Part shown: in pieces, positions 61,015-64,000 of the stretch
How positions within the stretch are numbered: the first letter of the stretch is position 1
Layout: each line of letters begins with the position of its first letter
DNA from: Blepharisma stoltei ATCC 30299
Taxonomy: Eukaryota > Protista > Ciliophora
Assembly: GCA_965603825.1 (NCBI GenBank)
Contig: CBFDEM010000060.1
Span: 558,001-622,000 of the forward strand
Reading direction: 5' to 3'
Length of the DNA: 64,000 nt
The notes under the pieces: generated by a model
Databases searched by the model: none
The model's input: the letters and a program-made list of their open reading frames with translations, nothing else
What the model was told of the DNA's origin: nothing
Translations under genes and position numbers: made by a program

Positions 61015-64000
61015 ATGGAGTTTTATTTGCTATTCCTATCAATATCTACCCTTGCATCAGTTGAGCTTCTCATCTTTTATGGAGAAATGACTCCAGTGTC
61101 CCTTATTTCATATTTTCAGGCCAATTTAGCAGGAATGATAGGAAATCCCAATATTTTCGAGATTGTTTTTGTACTAGCAAATAGCCAAACAAATTTTATA
61201 TCATCACTTAAAGGTGATATTCAAATTGCAATTGATGCTACATTTGATATAACTTTAAGCCATCGCTTATTGACTGCTACAGAAGAACAAGGAATTATAA
61301 ATTTGTATTTAGACTCAAATTTGCTAACTAACGGTGAGCTGCAGTATTATGCTCATGTGCCTTTGCAAAGCCAATTGGCTATTATGCAGCAATTCCTAGA
61401 TTATTTAGGATGAAACGAAATTACAATTATTGGCAGCAATTCACAAGAATCCTTAGCGCTTTCTGATAAATTTGTGGAAAATACTGAAAATAGGGTAAAG
61501 CTTAAACTTTTGTTAACAGAATCTTCTAATATTGGTAGAATGAATGACATTGCCGGCAAGATTTTCAAGCTAAAAGGTTTGCAAATCTTTATGGTGCTTT
61601 GCGAAGGAAATTATATTAGCAATATCATAATTTCTTTTGCTAATAAAAAATTATATAAAGCTGGACTAGGAATTTTAATATGAAGTCAAGGCATATGAGG
61701 AGGGTCTGAAAATGGACTTTTATATTTAGTAGAGCAAGGCCTTGAAGCTGCTACATCTTATGAGCAATACGAAGCTCTTTCAATTAAATTCTTTACAAAC
61801 TCAATATTGGAGTACATAGAAAATCTTTCAAGCAATGAGCTTCCTAGAATCACTAATGACTCCTTAAAGCAATTTATACAATCCAATTGGCCAAACCATG
61901 GGAAACCCCAAAGCTATTCCATAATAAATATTGTCAATTCTACAAAAAAAATAGTCGGAACCGCCTCGAACGCTTTAATCAGCATTTCATCAGATCCTAT
62001 ATACCCAGGAAACACCACTAATAAGCCAACAGCTTCTAAAGCAACCCTTTATATGTCCTTAACTACTTCAGGCAAAGAGCCTGATGGCAGCTTCAATTCT
62101 TATCAGCCAGTCCAAGCCCAAGGCAATTTTTTCGCCCGAGACTGAATAAATAACAGCTCTTTAATCCTTGAAAATTTCCATATCAAATTTGTAGAAAATA
62201 GTTGTGGGACGATGAGTTTTATAAAAAATATTGATGCTGCATGCTATTCGCCGCTAAAAGAAAAGTTAGGCGTGGTTTTTCTCACTTCGGATTATGTAGC
62301 AAGCGTTGTAGGTATAATTATGCTGTTTAGAGAATGAAATATTTCGCTTCCCCATATAGCTCCAGGCCCAAGTAGTCCGCTTCTTTCCAATAAAACTAAT
62401 TATCCAGAATTCATGAGGGTAGCTCCTAATGGAAATTATAATGCCGTGGTTATTCTTAGACTTTGCCAAATTTTTGCCTGAAAAAATGTAAATGTTCTAT
62501 ATGCAAATTCAAGCTCAAATATCGCTATGTACCAAACCTTTGCAAGCGAGGCCCAAAAAGGAGGAATCACAATTGCAAATGGTGAAAATGAGCGAATTCT
62601 CCCAGCAAACTATGACAGAACCCAATTTTCTAATTATAAACATATTTTCCAAGCAATTAAGAACACCAATGTCAAAATTTTTATTTCATTTCAAACGGCC
62701 AATTCTAATTATCAGTCAATTGAAGGCCTTTATGATATAGGGCTAAGAAAGGGAAACCTTGTCATAATTTTACCTTCCAAAACTGGCGGACAAGCTATAA
62801 TCCAAAACTACGCCCAAGCCTATCTTCCAAAGCTACTAGAACTTCTAACTGGCTCTATAAGTGTCGGCACAATTGAATATATAGGCGAATTTGGCTTAAA
62901 AATAAAAAAAGCTATGACTGACTACTGAGGAAATTCCCCAAATTTCAAAGCCACGCATTTTGATCAAACTTTACTTGCTGCATATGGCTTAGATTTTACT
63001 ATTAATAAAGGTGATGATTTTGAAAATGCTACAATTTTAGCCAAAAATGCAAGGCTCCAAAGGTTCACAGGTGCTTCTGGATCTATCGCAATCGATTCTA
63101 CATCAAATGACAGGAGTTTTATGATTTTGGGTATAAATAATTTTTATACAACAAATTCAACTGGGATTTATAATGAAAGCGTGGCGGGATATTATATTCC
63201 AACTTCAAGCATCCCTATACAGCTTAGTACCAATATTATATGGCCTGGGCCTTCTTATACGCTTCCCCACGACTCCGTAGTGATAGATTCTGAATGCGGC
63301 TTTGATAAATCAAAAACTAGCAAGTCTGTTAAAGGAATTGCGGTTTTTACGACCATTTGTGGGGCAGTGTCTTTATTAGCTGTTTTAATTGCATTTTATA
63401 CGTGGAAAAGGAAACTGGTTATGCATTATCCTAAGCTTGTGGAGGCAAGAGAGATACAGTTTGCGGACTCAGTAATTATGATGACATTGCTGGTGGAAAC
63501 TTTTCAGTATATTAATATAGGGCCAAAGGTGAAGAATGATCCCGCTACAAGGTATTTGAGCAGCTTAATTAATATTGATATTACAATGCTTAAAAGCAGC
63601 GCATATTGGATTGGACTTGATATTGTGCTTGGAATAGTATGCTTTTGGCTTCTTATGTGTTTATTGGCGGTGTCAAAAAATCGGGCTGTAATTCAGAACG
63701 TATTTATCCTTAGATGGCTTTATGAAGTAAAAAACTACTTAATGCCCTTATTAGGAAATATGCTTTTTATCCCAATAATAAATATTCTACTTACTGTCCC
63801 TAAGTGCTCAAAGTCAATCGGAGATGAGCTTGATGAAAGCTATATGGATATCAACTGCAAAGAATTTTGCTGAAAAGAAACTCATCTAACCTATGCAATT
63901 GTTTGCGCCTTCTCACTTGCCCTGTACATTCCTATATCGGTCATATATAGGCCTCTTTGAACTAATCTTCAAGGCGACTACAATCAAAATATCCGACCCC
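61015..64000 (+). CDS. Venus-flytrap (ANF-receptor/type-1 PBP) ectodomain multi-pass membrane receptor, class-C-GPCR-like, 3' partial
   Basis: Five listed ORFs lie in one frame, open to the window end through 9 TGA. Signal peptide; YLG-W-NEITII; SSPLLSNKTNYPEFMRVAP; IFA-W-KNVNVLY; FTGASGSIAIDSTSNDR; IIWPG; then several hydrophobic helices. Confidence 0.82.

Noticed and set aside
4558-63960. UGA=Cys (Euplotes-type), general Sec use, or Mycoplasma/mitochondrial origin
   Set aside because: Diagnostic sites align with Trp, and the spliceosomal intron, ubiquitin-system genes and IQ protein indicate a nuclear eukaryotic genome.

Overview
Eukaryotic, AT-rich, gene-dense DNA that reads UGA as Trp, uses UAA/UAG as stops and has a 16-nt GT-AG intron. 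This fits a heterotrich ciliate, most likely Blepharisma (inference). The supplied ORF track is fragmented because it stops at TGA. Re-read with UGA=Trp, the window holds: a partial unknown gene; a degenerate 3-hydroxyacyl-CoA dehydrogenase; an IQ-motif protein; a small unknown protein; a ubiquitin-like fusion (Ub-GG|GCxxSK) with a possible serpin-like C-terminus; a U-box/coiled-coil/Kelch E3 ligase; and a partial receptor with tandem Venus-flytrap domains and multiple TMs. The core of the window is a tandem cluster of three intact giant receptors (5151, 2563 and 3219 aa) plus one relic. They share a polycystin-1-like base (REJ-like, GAIN/GPS, about 5 TM, no PLAT or channel domain) under different Cys-rich tandem-repeat stalks. 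The locus shows a roughly 14-kb tandem duplication, inversions, heavily deleted pseudogenes and two decayed non-LTR retrotransposons. All domain calls come from motifs recognised by eye; no searches were run.
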